A stretch of 64,000 nucleotides of DNA from Candidatus Poribacteria bacterium (lineage in GTDB: Bacteria; Poribacteria; WGA-4E; WGA-3G), in the NCBI GenBank assembly GCA_964291315.2, contig OZ219753.1:1344001-1408000 (forward strand), given 5' to 3'. A program made the translations under genes and the position numbers. This document shows, in pieces, positions 39,081 through 50,094 of this stretch (within the stretch, counting starts at the first letter, position 1; every line of letters starts with the position of its first letter). Under the pieces are notes generated by a model, which had not been told where the DNA came from, did not search any database, and saw only the letters and a list, made by a program, of their open reading frames with translations.

Positions 39081-41339
39081 TCAGTCGATTAATATCTGCT
39101 CAATGGAGTGTACAAACAATACATCTTTTACCCCATTGTACTGCTGGAGTATTTGAGGCAGCGCGGCAGAATTAAGGTCTTCTCCTGTTAATCCAGTGAT
39201 AATTAAGTCGGCCCGACCCGATCGATGGGATACTTCTTTTTCAAGCCCCTTCATACTGTCATAAGAGATAGGAGTTACATTCTGCATTGAAATGGGCAAC
39301 CTCCCCTCTTTCATAAGCGTTGAGAGTTTGTCCGTTTCCCGTTCGGCTTCACCTTCAGCGCTTTTAGACGGAGAACAAGCGAAAAGGCTGATTTCAGCGC
39401 CTTTCCAGTCTGGATGCCCGATGGTGATATACGCCAACAATAGCATCATCGCAGCGTTTTTCAAATTATCTTGTGTTACCCATACATGAATGGAGGACTT
39501 ATAACCGAAGCGGTAAGCCGTAGATCTGAGGATTAGAATATTAAAAAGTGAGTTTACGGCGATCAGCGCCCCCTGTTTGATCTCCTCAATTTCCTCTGGA
39601 TTCTCCTCATCGAATTCAAAGAGTATCGAATTATTAGGTAAACCGGAAATACCCGGCATTTGCACTATCTGGGTGAGGGCGAGTTGGAAAGTTGGACAAA
39701 TGAGGGTGTCGACGAAGACACCGGCTCGACTGACTTCCGTCCGTTTGATTAATTCGTCAACATAGAGCCGCGCCTTTATTTTGTTCGAAAACGTGAAGTC
39801 ACCCAAGTAGAGTTGAATAAAGTGCCCGAAACCGTGTCTGTGACAGATCCACCGAAGCAAGTCAAAATGCCCAAGACGGCGTTCCCCTAAACGTGAAACG
39901 GCGACAATAGACGGACGCCAGCCCCCTTCAGAGGTCATCACCCGACTTTTTTGTAAGGTTGTCTGCAACCAGCGCGTTAACTGAAACATCGTCCCTTGAA
40001 AGATAGCAGCAAAGTCGCGTTCCCCTTGGCGGCTGCGACGGAGGCCAATATAGGTTCCGCCCATGAGTACCAAGGCAATGAGCGCGTACAAGGCGCTAAT
40101 CTGAACCATCATCAGACCGCACATCACAGTACCTGATAGGGACAAATACCAACGAGAATGGAAAGTCGGACGATAGGACGGATTGCTTGCAAAATGTTCA
40201 AGAAATGATACCGCGCAGAGTGCCCCATAAGTTACCATAAAGAACATGCTCAGAATTTGAGCGATAAAGTCCACATCGCCTATGACAACAAACACTATAG
40301 CTACAGCACCAGATATACCTGTCGCATATATCGGCTCTTGACTTTTGCCTCTACCGGTTTCCATGAGGCGATTCAGCCTCGGAATTGGGAAAACATTATC
40401 ACGAGCAAGCATTTGCAGCGTTCTAGGGGCCACCATTATCGAACCGAGAGCAGAGGATAACGCAGCTGCCCCTAATCCGATATAGATGACAGGTGCCCAT
40501 AGAGCCACACGCGCCATAATAAACTGATCTTCATTCAGTGCCTCAGGAGTCGCACTCTGTCCCAACTTGACTGCCACAAGGATATATATCACCATCCCTC
40601 CGAATGTCGCCCCGATTGTGCCGAGAGGGATACTCTTTCGAGGAGTTCTTAGATCTCCAGATAGCCCTAAGCCCGCTATCATGCCTGTAAAGGCAGGAAA
40701 ACACGTCGCAAAAACCGTTCCGAAACCATCCGGGTTTTCAATGTGTGATGTAAGATTTAAGCCATTGGGGCGTATAGATTCCGGGCCTTCGCCAAATAGG
40801 AAAGCGAGGATTGATACCGCCAGCATTGCACAGACACACCAAAGCAATTTCACGCCTCCGCCTGCACCTTTAACCAACATGATGCCTAGCATCAGAAATG
40901 TACACGGAAGACTCACCCAACGCGGGTCTAGGTCGAGACCGTAAATGGCTTCAACCCATTCATAGACCGGTTGAAAGGCTTCCGCAAAAGCGACGATATA
41001 GAAAGCGACAGAGATCGCTTGAGATATATAGAGAGCGATTCCGATTGAACCACCTATACTCGCTCCGAAGGAACGACTGACAATGTAGTAGGCACCGCCC
41101 CCCGCTACCCGACGGTTCGTCGCGATCTCAGACACTGCCAGAACGGTCGGAACTGTCACCAGATGCCCAAGCAGCACAATCATGAGTGTACCCCAAAGTC
41201 CAACGTGTGCAACAGCGTAACCAAACCGTAAAAACAGGATCGCACCGAGAATAGTACTGATTGAAGCCAAAAATACAGGAGCCGTTCCGAAACCGTGCCC
41301 GGTTTGACTTGCAGGCCTTTGTGAGGCTTCCGCAAACAT
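39081..41339 (-). CDS. APC-superfamily permease, SLC12/cation-chloride cotransporter-like
   Basis: STILGAILFLRFG, GGGAYYIVSRSFG, FPAFTG, YRPTF, long soluble C-terminal domain with WRP. Confidence 0.85.
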   Translation of the reverse strand: MFAEASQRPASQTGHGFGTAPVFLASISTILGAILFLRFGYAVAHVGLWGTLMIVLLGHLVTVPTVLAVSEIATNRRVAGGGAYYIVSRSFGASIGGSIGIALYISQAISVAFYIVAFAEAFQPVYEWVEAIYGLDLDPRWVSLPCTFLMLGIMLVKGAGGGVKLLWCVCAMLAVSILAFLFGEGPESIRPNGLNLTSHIENPDGFGTVFATCFPAFTGMIAGLGLSGDLRTPRKSIPLGTIGATFGGMVIYILVAVKLGQSATPEALNEDQFIMARVALWAPVIYIGLGAAALSSALGSIMVAPRTLQMLARDNVFPIPRLNRLMETGRGKSQEPIYATGISGAVAIVFVVIGDVDFIAQILSMFFMVTYGALCAVSFLEHFASNPSYRPTFHSRWYLSLSGTVMCGLMMVQISALYALIALVLMGGTYIGLRRSRQGERDFAAIFQGTMFQLTRWLQTTLQKSRVMTSEGGWRPSIVAVSRLGERRLGHFDLLRWICHRHGFGHFIQLYLGDFTFSNKIKARLYVDELIKRTEVSRAGVFVDTLICPTFQLALTQIVQMPGISGLPNNSILFEFDEENPEEIEEIKQGALIAVNSLFNILILRSTAYRFGYKSSIHVWVTQDNLKNAAMMLLLAYITIGHPDWKGAEISLFACSPSKSAEGEAERETDKLSTLMKEGRLPISMQNVTPISYDSMKGLEKEVSHRSGRADLIITGLTGEDLNSAALPQILQQYNGVKDVLFVHSIEQILID

Positions 41340-41842
41340 ATATATAACTCTCCTTATAACCTATTAAAATTTCTCAGTAGCAAACACAAAAATTCCATGA
41401 AGTTCTAACCTGCGAAATTATAACGGAATTTTTAAGTATACCCCTGAAGAACCAAATGTCCCTCTCTACCGAATGAATGATAATTTTTGGGGCATTGCCG
41501 CCATTATTATGCCACAATGGCGTTTCATAAGCAAGAAAAGTATAACACAATACCGTTTTGAAAACGAGTGGAAGCTGCTTAAAAAGCAGGGGCATTCAGT
41601 TTTCTTATGTTCAGATCTTTCTGTAGAGGCGGGCTCTTGCTGACGATTGACCGACCACTGTCAAAAAATTTGCTTGACAAAATTATCAAGAATCTGTTTA
41701 ATAATAGAGGCAGATATAAACATCTCCAGTCAGTTTCCGCTTGCTTCGCGGCACAGCTTGCAAGCCGATATTTCAAAGCACACTCAAAGTGCCCCGTTTG
41801 TGGCATATTAACGTTTAATCCGTTTACAAAGGAAAATATCAC

Positions 41843-42304
41843 ATGACAATAGAACAACGACTTGAAGAATTAGGGGTAGAACTGCCAGAACCAGCAGTGC
41901 CCGTAGCGAATTACCTAACAACTGTGCAGACCGGAAATCTCATATTTACCTCGGGGCATGGCCCTGGAACCGGCGAGGGTAAAATATATAAGAGTCAACT
42001 CGGCACCGACGCTACAATTGAAGAAGGGTACGCATCAGCGCGGCAGGTGGCGATCTGTTTGCTAAGCACCCTTAAACATGCACTGGGTGATCTCGATCGG
42101 ATCAAGCGCGTCGTCAAAGTGGTCGGATTCGTCAACTCAGCACCTGACTTTACCGACCAACCCGCAGTTGTCAATGGAGCCTCCGACTTTTTCGTCGAAG
42201 TGTTCGGGGATAAAGGTAGACATACCCGCTCCGCAGTCGGTATGGTGCAACTGCCCGGTGGAATTCCGGTTGAAGTCGAAATGGTCGTCGAAATTGAAGA
42301 TTAA
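41843..42304 (+). CDS. RidA/YjgF family protein
   Basis: PVANY, SGHGP, NGASD, GRHTRSAVG, VEVE. Confidence 0.9.
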   Translation: MTIEQRLEELGVELPEPAVPVANYLTTVQTGNLIFTSGHGPGTGEGKIYKSQLGTDATIEEGYASARQVAICLLSTLKHALGDLDRIKRVVKVVGFVNSAPDFTDQPAVVNGASDFFVEVFGDKGRHTRSAVGMVQLPGGIPVEVEMVVEIED

Positions 42305-42327
42305 CCGCTTCAAAAGAAAAGGAAACA

Positions 42328-43521
42328 ATGGCAGTTCAAATTGTTAAACCTCGAATACGCGGATTTATCTGTACTAACGCACACCCCGTCGGGTGTCAAA
42401 CAAACGTGTTAAATCAGATAAATGAGATAAAACACGGTATTCCGTACAAAGAAACCGGGATGAATGCACTTGTCATCGGGGCATCGACCGGATATGGGCT
42501 TGCCTCTCGTATTGCTTTGACATGGGCTTACGGTGCAAAGAGCCTTGGGATTCTCTATGAACGTCCTGCCGATAGTAGACGCACGGCAACAGCTGGCTAT
42601 TATAATACAGTGGCCTTCCATCAACAGGCCGCAGCAGATGGGTTTTCTGCCGATAGCCTCAACGGGGATGCGTTTGCTGATGAGATGAAAACTGAAACTA
42701 TTAAACGACTCAAGGCAGACTTCGGCAAAATAGACACGCTCGTCTACAGCATCGCTGCACCACGCAGAATTCATCCAAAAACGGGAGCATCACACCAGTC
42801 CGTTCTCAAGCCGATCGGCACCCCTTACACAGGAAAGACGATTGACCTGAATCGCGAAGTCATCACCCCGGTAACGATTGAACCCGCGTGTGAGCAGGAG
42901 ATCGCTGACACAATCTCCGTGATGGGCGGCGAAGACTTAGAAATGTGGGTTGAGGCATTAAACGAATCGAAATTGCTTGCACCAGAAGTGACGGTCGTTA
43001 CCTATACGTATATTGGCAGCTGCTTGACCTGGCCCATTTATCGAGATGGCACTATCGGCAAAGCAAAAGACGATTTGAAAATGCGGATGGACGCGCTTGA
43101 CAAACGACTCGCTAGCCAGCTCGGCGGTAGTGCCTATGTTTCTGTGAACAAGGCCGTCGTTACGCAAGCATCCGCGGCGATTCCCGTTGTGCCACTTTAC
43201 GTTAGTATCCTCTATGACATTATGAACGCCAAGGGCATCAACGAAGCACCAATTGAACAGATGAAACGGCTTTTCTCGGAGCATCTTGGACCAGAACTGA
43301 TACCTCAACTTGATGCGGATGGCTATATTCGACTCGATGACCGAGAATTGCAGCCTGAGGTAACCGATGCAGTAACCGAGCGGTGGGAATACATTAATAC
43401 CCGTAACTTCCATGAACTCTCCGATTACGCAGGTTTCAGACAACGCTTCCGAAACCTCTTCGGATTCGAGGTTAACGGCGTGGATTACGATGAGGCAGTT
43501 GAGACGGAATTGGTGTTTTAA
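42328..43521 (+). CDS. fabV: Enoyl-ACP/trans-2-enoyl-CoA reductase FabV
   Basis: RGFICTNAHPVGC, GASTGYGLASR, YRDGTIGKAK, LFGF. Confidence 0.92.
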   Translation: MAVQIVKPRIRGFICTNAHPVGCQTNVLNQINEIKHGIPYKETGMNALVIGASTGYGLASRIALTWAYGAKSLGILYERPADSRRTATAGYYNTVAFHQQAAADGFSADSLNGDAFADEMKTETIKRLKADFGKIDTLVYSIAAPRRIHPKTGASHQSVLKPIGTPYTGKTIDLNREVITPVTIEPACEQEIADTISVMGGEDLEMWVEALNESKLLAPEVTVVTYTYIGSCLTWPIYRDGTIGKAKDDLKMRMDALDKRLASQLGGSAYVSVNKAVVTQASAAIPVVPLYVSILYDIMNAKGINEAPIEQMKRLFSEHLGPELIPQLDADGYIRLDDRELQPEVTDAVTERWEYINTRNFHELSDYAGFRQRFRNLFGFEVNGVDYDEAVETELVF

Positions 43522-43667
43522 TTTCTGATCGCTATATAGAGCAGGCATCATGAAAATCAGTGGGAACTTCTAATCTTTACACGCCGAAGACGCAAAAGTA
43601 TAATTGACAACGAGAATCTCGGAAGAGATTTTTAATCTGTTTTTTTCAAAAAAGTAAGGAGAAACTT

Positions 43668-44396
43668 ATGTCGCAACCAATTCAGGTTACAGTCTGGAAC
43701 GAATTTAGACACGAAAAAACGAACGAGTTTATCCGTGGCATCTATCCAAACGGTATCCATGCTGCAATTGCCGATGGGCTCGATCAGGCTGGCGGTTTTG
43801 AAGTCCGCAGCGCAACTTTGGATGAACCCGAACACGGCTTAACCGACAATGTTCTCACAAACACCGATGTCTTAATCTGGTGGGGGCATGCCGCACACGC
43901 TGCTGTTGATGACGCGATTGCTGCCAAAGTTCGAGCACGCGTGTTAGATGGTATGGGGCTTATCGTTCTGCACTCTGCACACTATTCTAAACCATTCACC
44001 GGGTTGATGGGGACCTCGTGTAGTCTCAAATGGCGTGAGGCCGGTGAAAAAGAACGCCTCTGGGTAATTGAACACGGACACCCAATTGTAGAAGGTTTGG
44101 ACGAATGCTTTGAAATTGAGCGCACCGAAATGTATGGCGAACCCTTCGATATTCCTGAACCCGATACACTTATTTTTGTCAGTTGGTTCCCCGGCGGTGA
44201 AGTTTTCAGAAGTGGATGCTGTTATTATCGCGGCCGAGGTAAAATCTTCTATTTCCGCCCGGGTCATGAAACATATCCGATCTATTACGATGAGAACGTT
44301 CGGCAGGTTATAGCGAACGCCGCACGATGGGCGACACCGGGGAATGCACCAACCCCGATCTTTGGCAATGCCCAACCATTAGAACCCTTAGATTAG
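43668..44396 (+). CDS. ThuA-like (trehalose utilisation) protein
   Basis: [39 protein letters not shown]. Confidence 0.88.
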   Translation: MSQPIQVTVWNEFRHEKTNEFIRGIYPNGIHAAIADGLDQAGGFEVRSATLDEPEHGLTDNVLTNTDVLIWWGHAAHAAVDDAIAAKVRARVLDGMGLIVLHSAHYSKPFTGLMGTSCSLKWREAGEKERLWVIEHGHPIVEGLDECFEIERTEMYGEPFDIPEPDTLIFVSWFPGGEVFRSGCCYYRGRGKIFYFRPGHETYPIYYDENVRQVIANAARWATPGNAPTPIFGNAQPLEPLD

Positions 44397-44684
44397 GTTT
44401 TCCTGAACCGCCCATTTCACACGAGTGCTTGCTCTACAGACGGAAGGAACGCTAACAACTGAAACTATTGATGTTCCATCCGTCATGGGCCTCATCATTT
44501 TGAACATTAAACTGCTGCTTCTTTATCGGACATCCATTCATGTTTATTAGTGGACCTGTTTTCTCAGCTCTGTTGTTGGGTTTGCTGCGATGAGGGGGTC
44601 GGGGTTAAGCGTCAAAATTGCCAAACTGCTCAGAAGTCGGCATTTGCAAAGGCATCTTACAAAAGATGTTTCAAAAGGAAAAAA

Positions 44685-45410
44685 ATGATGTCAGATATGA
44701 AAGATAAACTCACGCAACTTCAGGAAAAAGGATTCATTTTAGTAAAAGGAGCGTTATCTCCAGAGGAAACGGAACATATCCGCCAGCGCGTTAATTATGC
44801 CCGCGAAATGGGATGGGAGGAAGGCCTGAACGCTGTCGGCAACATGTGGTTTGATACTCTCCTTGATAGGGAACCCGATACTTATGCCCCACTCGTCGGA
44901 CACCCGGGGGTCCGACCCTATTTGGAAGGCTTGATGGGCAAGCAGTGCCAGCTCCGGAGCCTACGGGCACACATTAATCCCGGGCCCTATCTCCAAGAAT
45001 GGCACATGGATTTTTACGGATATTGGGAAGAAAAACGATACGTCGAAGACCACCCGTTTGCCATGGCCCCGGTAGGGATTAATACAACCTTCTATTTACA
45101 AGACAACGACCCGGGGGAGGGACACCTCACATTTATCAAGGGCGGGCATCTGTCAGAACCACCACATCTCTATCCGTTAGATCGTCCTAAATTTGAAGCC
45201 TGGTGTGAAGCACAAGAGCATGTTGTCCTGCATCCGAAAGCCGGAGATTGCGTTGTATTCATTAACCACATTCCGCACCAAGGCGCGAAGGAGCGCGACG
45301 ATATGGAACGAAGCAACGTTGTATGCCATTATCAGGTAACCCCGATGTATGAAGGCGTTTGGCACGTCTCTCGCCCGCGCGGGTATCAAGGCACATTCCC
45401 GTTTGCTTAG
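44685..45410 (+). CDS. Phytanoyl-CoA dioxygenase (PhyH) family 2OG-Fe(II) oxygenase
   Basis: WHMD (HxD), GGH, AGDCVVF, distal His in IPHQG; start moved to ATG 44685. Confidence 0.8.
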   Translation: MMSDMKDKLTQLQEKGFILVKGALSPEETEHIRQRVNYAREMGWEEGLNAVGNMWFDTLLDREPDTYAPLVGHPGVRPYLEGLMGKQCQLRSLRAHINPGPYLQEWHMDFYGYWEEKRYVEDHPFAMAPVGINTTFYLQDNDPGEGHLTFIKGGHLSEPPHLYPLDRPKFEAWCEAQEHVVLHPKAGDCVVFINHIPHQGAKERDDMERSNVVCHYQVTPMYEGVWHVSRPRGYQGTFPFA

Positions 45411-45565
45411 AAATATTTCAGTTTTTTAACGACAGATGTTTGTTGACCGGGTGTCCACGTTGCTTTTTACGACTGTGAGGACAGTGGACACTCATGCATC
45501 TAGCGTGTCGTATTGGCGATCCGCCAAATTGATTTCTGAACACATTCTTTTAATAACGTGCCAAT

Positions 45566-45627
45566 TTGGCAGACATTCTGCAAGAATTTTGGAGGTTTTA
45601 CCAATTAATATTGGCATAGATATTGCA
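45566..45627 (+). promoter_or_regulatory. Sigma54-type (-24/-12) promoter motif(s) upstream of dnaK
   Basis: TTGGCATAGATATTGCA (45611-45627) fits TGGCA-N6-TTGC; weaker TTGGCAGACATTCTGCA (45566-45582). Confidence 0.6.
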
Positions 45628-45860
45628 CGTTATAGTAGAGTTCAGATGAGATTTCTATAGATTTATAAAGAGACGCTGCCTGCCCGCACGTTAAAATTCG
45701 TCAATATTCTACAATTTTATTCTCCAAGGGCGGCTGACGAAAAAGGGTATTTGGCGCAGTAAGACGCAGCCCCAACGAGGTAACATCTGTATAGAATTAT
45801 CTTTAATCTTAAAAAGGAATTATCCAAAGTCGAGTATATTCACGGAAAGGAGTATTTGAA

Positions 45861-47783
45861 ATGAGTAAAGTCATTGGAATTGATTTAGGCACAACAAATT
45901 CCTGTGTGGCGGTCTTGGAAAGTGGCGATGCTAAGGTCATTGAAAACTCTGAAGGAAATCGGACAACCCCCTCGGTCGTCGGTTTTACCAAAGAAGGGGA
46001 GCGCCCCGTCGGGCAAGTTGCGAAAAGACAAGCGATTACGAACCCACAAAATACAATCTTCTCCATTAAAAGATTCATGGGGCGAAAATATCAAGAGATC
46101 GGCGATGATGCCTCTCGAGTCCCTTACGAGTTGAAGTCCGACCAAAGTGGTGCTGTTGTCGTAAATATTGAAGGCAAAGACTATTCTCCGCCTGAGATTT
46201 CCGCCATGGTTTTGCGGAAAATGAAGGAAACCGCTGAGGCCTATCTCGGTGAGGAAGTTACACAAGCGGTTATTACCGTCCCCGCATACTTTAACGACTC
46301 CCAACGTCAGGCGACCGCAGATGCCGGGAAAATTGCCGGGTTAGAAGTTGAACGGATTATCAACGAACCTACCGCCGCATCCCTCGCTTACGGGCTCCAA
46401 AATCAAGGCGACAAGAAAATCGCTGTCTATGACCTCGGCGGCGGAACATTTGACATCTCTATCTTGGAAATCGGGGACGGTGTGTTTGAGGTGAAAAGCA
46501 CAAACGGCGATACACACCTCGGGGGCGATGACTTCGACCAAACTATTATCGACTGGATGGCACAAGAATTCCTCAGCAGCCAAGGCATTGATCTACGCAA
46601 GGATCAGATGGCACTGCAACGCCTAAAAGAGGCAGCGGAAACCGCAAAGTGTGAACTTTCTAGTACCCTGCAAACCGATATCAACTTACCTTTTATCACG
46701 GTTGACGCTAGCGGCCCGAAGCATCTAAACTTAACGCTCTCTCGCGCAAAACTTGAACAGATTACGGATTCCCTAGTTCAACGTTCTCTTGAACCCTGCC
46801 GCCGTGCCCTCGCTGATGCAGAGATGCAGCCTTCCGAAATTGACGAGGTCATCCTCGTTGGCGGGCAAACCCGCATGCCCAAAGTCCAACAGGCCGTGCA
46901 GGAACTCTTCGGTAGAGAACCACACAAAGGCGTCAATCCTGACGAGGTTGTCGCTATCGGCGCCGCTATTCAAGGCGGAGTGCTTGCAGGTGATGAAGAA
47001 GTCAAGGATATCCTCTTGTTGGATGTTACACCCCTCTCACTTGGCATCGAGACCCTCGGCGGAATGTTCACGCGTTTGATTGATAGGAATACAACCATTC
47101 CTACCAAGAAATCCAATGTATTCACAACGGCTGAAAATAACCAGACAGCTGTTGATGTGCATGTCCTCCAAGGCGAACGGGAGCAAGCGGTTTATAACAA
47201 AACTATTGGCCGGTTCCGATTGGGCGAATTGCCACCTGCCCCGAGAGGGGTACCGCAGATTGAGGTAACTTTTGATATTGATGCGAACGGTATACTCAAC
47301 GTCTCTGCTAAAGATACCGCAACTGGCAAGGAACAGAAGATCACTATTACCGCGTCCTCCGGACTCACAGATGCCGAAATCGAACAGATGGTAAAGGATG
47401 CCGAAACGCACGCCGAAGAGGATAAACAGAAACGAGAGGAGGTTGAGACGCGGAACCGGGCAGATTCCCTAGTTTACGAGACGGAGAAAAACCTCACCGA
47501 ATTGGGAGACAAGATAGACGATGCCTCCAAGGAAAAGGTAAATGCCGCCGTTGATCGGGTCAAGCAGGCATTAGAGGCAGACAATCCCACAGCAATTCAA
47601 TCCTCTACGGACGAGTTAACCCAAGTCTGGCACGAGGTTTCTCAACAGATATATCAACAGGCAGCAGAGACGGCTTCCGCTAACGATCCCGCTGGAGCCC
47701 CAGGGGCTGCATCCGCAGATAGTGATGTCGTTGACGCTGAGTATGAAGTTGTTAACGAAGACGAGAAAAAAGACCAGAAGTAA
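45861..47783 (+). CDS. dnaK: Chaperone DnaK (Hsp70)
   Basis: [40 protein letters not shown] tail; AAGGAG RBS. Confidence 0.98.
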   Translation: MSKVIGIDLGTTNSCVAVLESGDAKVIENSEGNRTTPSVVGFTKEGERPVGQVAKRQAITNPQNTIFSIKRFMGRKYQEIGDDASRVPYELKSDQSGAVVVNIEGKDYSPPEISAMVLRKMKETAEAYLGEEVTQAVITVPAYFNDSQRQATADAGKIAGLEVERIINEPTAASLAYGLQNQGDKKIAVYDLGGGTFDISILEIGDGVFEVKSTNGDTHLGGDDFDQTIIDWMAQEFLSSQGIDLRKDQMALQRLKEAAETAKCELSSTLQTDINLPFITVDASGPKHLNLTLSRAKLEQITDSLVQRSLEPCRRALADAEMQPSEIDEVILVGGQTRMPKVQQAVQELFGREPHKGVNPDEVVAIGAAIQGGVLAGDEEVKDILLLDVTPLSLGIETLGGMFTRLIDRNTTIPTKKSNVFTTAENNQTAVDVHVLQGEREQAVYNKTIGRFRLGELPPAPRGVPQIEVTFDIDANGILNVSAKDTATGKEQKITITASSGLTDAEIEQMVKDAETHAEEDKQKREEVETRNRADSLVYETEKNLTELGDKIDDASKEKVNAAVDRVKQALEADNPTAIQSSTDELTQVWHEVSQQIYQQAAETASANDPAGAPGAASADSDVVDAEYEVVNEDEKKDQK

Positions 47784-47813
47784 AGCGTAAGCTTTACACT
47801 TTAAAAGGTTTAC

Positions 47814-47861
47814 AGAGGGTGGTTATAACTCACATCATGTTATGTATCACCCTCTTTTTTT
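47814..47861 (+). terminator. Intrinsic terminator after dnaK
   Basis: AGAGGGTG...CACCCTCT stem followed by T-run. Confidence 0.7.
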
Positions 47862-47911
47862 ATTTAATTGTACTTCTGGAAAGCACGCAGACAAGGTTGC
47901 CAAAAAACCAG

Positions 47912-48838
47912 CTAATACCCTAACAACGCAATACCTTCCCGATAGGTTTGTGCGGAGTGCTGTAAGGAGCCGAGCTCGTCATCAGTCAGCTCAATTTCAA
48001 GAATCTCTTCTACGCCATTTCCGCCAAGTTTAATTGGAACTCCGATATAGAGGTTATCTATACCGTATTGTCCGGTGAGATGTGCGGAACAAGGCAACAG
48101 CCGTTTCTTATCCAAGATGATAGCTTCTGCCATTTGTGCCAATGAGGCACCCGCGGCGTAATATCCGCTCGTTTTGAGAAGATTAACGATCTCAGCACCG
48201 CCGTCCCGCGTGCGTTGTGCCATCGCTTCGATGCGCTCTTTGGGTATCAGCTGCGGGATCGGGATTCCGTTAACAGTGGTATAACGTGGAAGCGGCACCA
48301 TCGTGTCACCGTGTCCACCGAGGACGAGCGCGTGAATGTCTTCCACGGAGACCTCTAGTTCAAGAGAGATAAAGTAACGGAACCTCGCCGAGTCGAGCAC
48401 GCCTGCTTGGCCCACAACGCGCTCTGAGGGGAATCCTGAGACCTTCCACGCATGGTAGGTCATGATGTCCAACGGGTTGGTGAGCATCATAATGATACAG
48501 TCTGGCGACTGCTTCACAACATTTTCTGTGACGCTGCCGACGATGTTGGCATTCGTTTGCAACAAGTCTTCACGCGTCATCCCCGGCTTGCGTGGGGATC
48601 CTGATGTAATAATTACGAGATCGGAGCCTGCTGTTGCACTGTAATCCAAGTCCCCCTCAATCGCAGCATCAAACAGTTCTACGGGTCCCATCTGTGCCAT
48701 GTCCAATGCTTTTCCCTGGGGAACGCCGTCAACGATGTCTATCATAATGACATCTCCGAGCTGTTTCTGTGCGATCAGAAACGCCGCTGTTGCCCCGACG
48801 TTCCCCGCACCAATAACACTGATTTTTTTTCTTGCCAC
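47912..48838 (-). CDS. mdh: Malate dehydrogenase (LDH-like)
   Basis: GAGNVG, RKPGMTREDL, TNPLD, LDSAR, GGHGD; GTG start after GGAGG. Confidence 0.93.
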   Translation of the reverse strand: MARKKISVIGAGNVGATAAFLIAQKQLGDVIMIDIVDGVPQGKALDMAQMGPVELFDAAIEGDLDYSATAGSDLVIITSGSPRKPGMTREDLLQTNANIVGSVTENVVKQSPDCIIMMLTNPLDIMTYHAWKVSGFPSERVVGQAGVLDSARFRYFISLELEVSVEDIHALVLGGHGDTMVPLPRYTTVNGIPIPQLIPKERIEAMAQRTRDGGAEIVNLLKTSGYYAAGASLAQMAEAIILDKKRLLPCSAHLTGQYGIDNLYIGVPIKLGGNGVEEILEIELTDDELGSLQHSAQTYREGIALLGY

Positions 48839-49133
48839 TTCTTCCTCCATTCTGAAAACGTACAGTTTTAATCTTTAGATTCACTGTATTAATTATACCC
48901 AGAAATCTGAAAATAATCAAGTTACCTATAGAAGCGATCTCCTAATCTTACGCCTTGTTCCTGTCTATCTACCTCACTCTTATCCTTCCTATTTTCCATT
49001 CGTTCGCTTCTTCTCGACTCCTTGAAAAAACGGAAATTGCTGTTTTTTTTATTTTTCTGAACCTTTTCGCGATAACTACTCCTCTGTGTCAAAACCTAAA
49101 CCGTGGGAAACTTTTATAGCTTCGCAGCGTATT

Positions 49134-49397
49134 TTATCTTATAAGTCCGGATAACCAAAACCCCAAGCAAAAAAGAAACGTAGTACCGAGGAGTATCATT
49201 GCATTACGTCTTACTCGAGGAGAGCTCGCTTTCCACGTACTCAGATAAATTCCTCCTAGGACTAGCAGTTGTCCGGTAAGTATAAAAATATCGACAAACA
49301 TATAGGGTAACCTGCCCCCGATTAACATAAGCATCGCTCCTAAAATCATCAAGCCTCCGCTTAATACCTTTCGTTTCCCTTGGATCCATTCTTTCAT
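49134..49397 (-). CDS. Small three-TM hypothetical membrane protein (87 aa)
   Basis: ATG 49397 with AAGGAG RBS; three hydrophobic segments. Confidence 0.6.
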   Translation of the reverse strand: MKEWIQGKRKVLSGGLMILGAMLMLIGGRLPYMFVDIFILTGQLLVLGGIYLSTWKASSPRVRRNAMILLGTTFLFCLGFWLSGLIR

Positions 49398-49811
49398 AAT
49401 ATTCTCCTTCAAAGACAGAGTCTTTATTTGTAAGTGGTCATACAAATGTAATTTAGGAAACCAATTATATTCATGGTTAGATCAAATTTTGAGTTCAGCC
49501 TACTTTGTTACCAAAGTTTAGACAATTTTAAGAGTTTCCGTATACAGGTTGGCTTGAAGATAACATCCTAATCGAAGGCGATATCGAAAGACGAGAAAAT
49601 TCAACTTCTCAAGAAAAACGAACACCCAAAATTTAATAAATAGTAATATAGGTAGCTTAAATCCGTCTTTTAACGAGCCTGCGATTTCGTAGAAAGTTTT
49701 AAAAAAACACAGAGATTCTCGCAAAGGATAAGCACATTGGAGCCCTGCTTGCACAATGTGTGCAATGACCGGCACTCACCCCTTCTGTAATTAATCATTA
49801 TCGCTTGACAA

Positions 49812-49845
49812 GTTTTCACCAAAATCTCGCGATTTTGGTGAAAAC
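49812..49845. other. Perfect 15-bp hairpin, GNRA loop on minus strand
   Basis: GTTTTCACCAAAATC-TCGC-GATTTTGGTGAAAAC. Confidence 0.6.
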
Positions 49846-50094
49846 ACTTTACTTAATACCAAATAGCTCCCAAAGAAGTTTCAGAATAGTTTTGATCCAG
49901 CTAGAAATAGCGTTTTTTTCTTCTCCATTGTAGATACAACATTTGAGAGGGCAATTTAGAGAAAAGGTTCAAAAAACATAGAAATTCCTCGCCTCACAAC
50001 TGACAGAACGTTTTCCAACCGCCAAAACCCCTACTAATTTCTATGCTATGATCCAAGGTTTTCAGATTCAGTCTTACAGTATGAGAAAAAATAG

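Noticed and set aside
45410-45860. CIRCE element upstream of dnaK
   Set aside because: No TTAGCACTC-N9-GAGTGCTAA match found
49518-49775. 85-aa minus-strand ORF
   Set aside because: AT-rich, no recognisable motif, weak start context; not called as a gene
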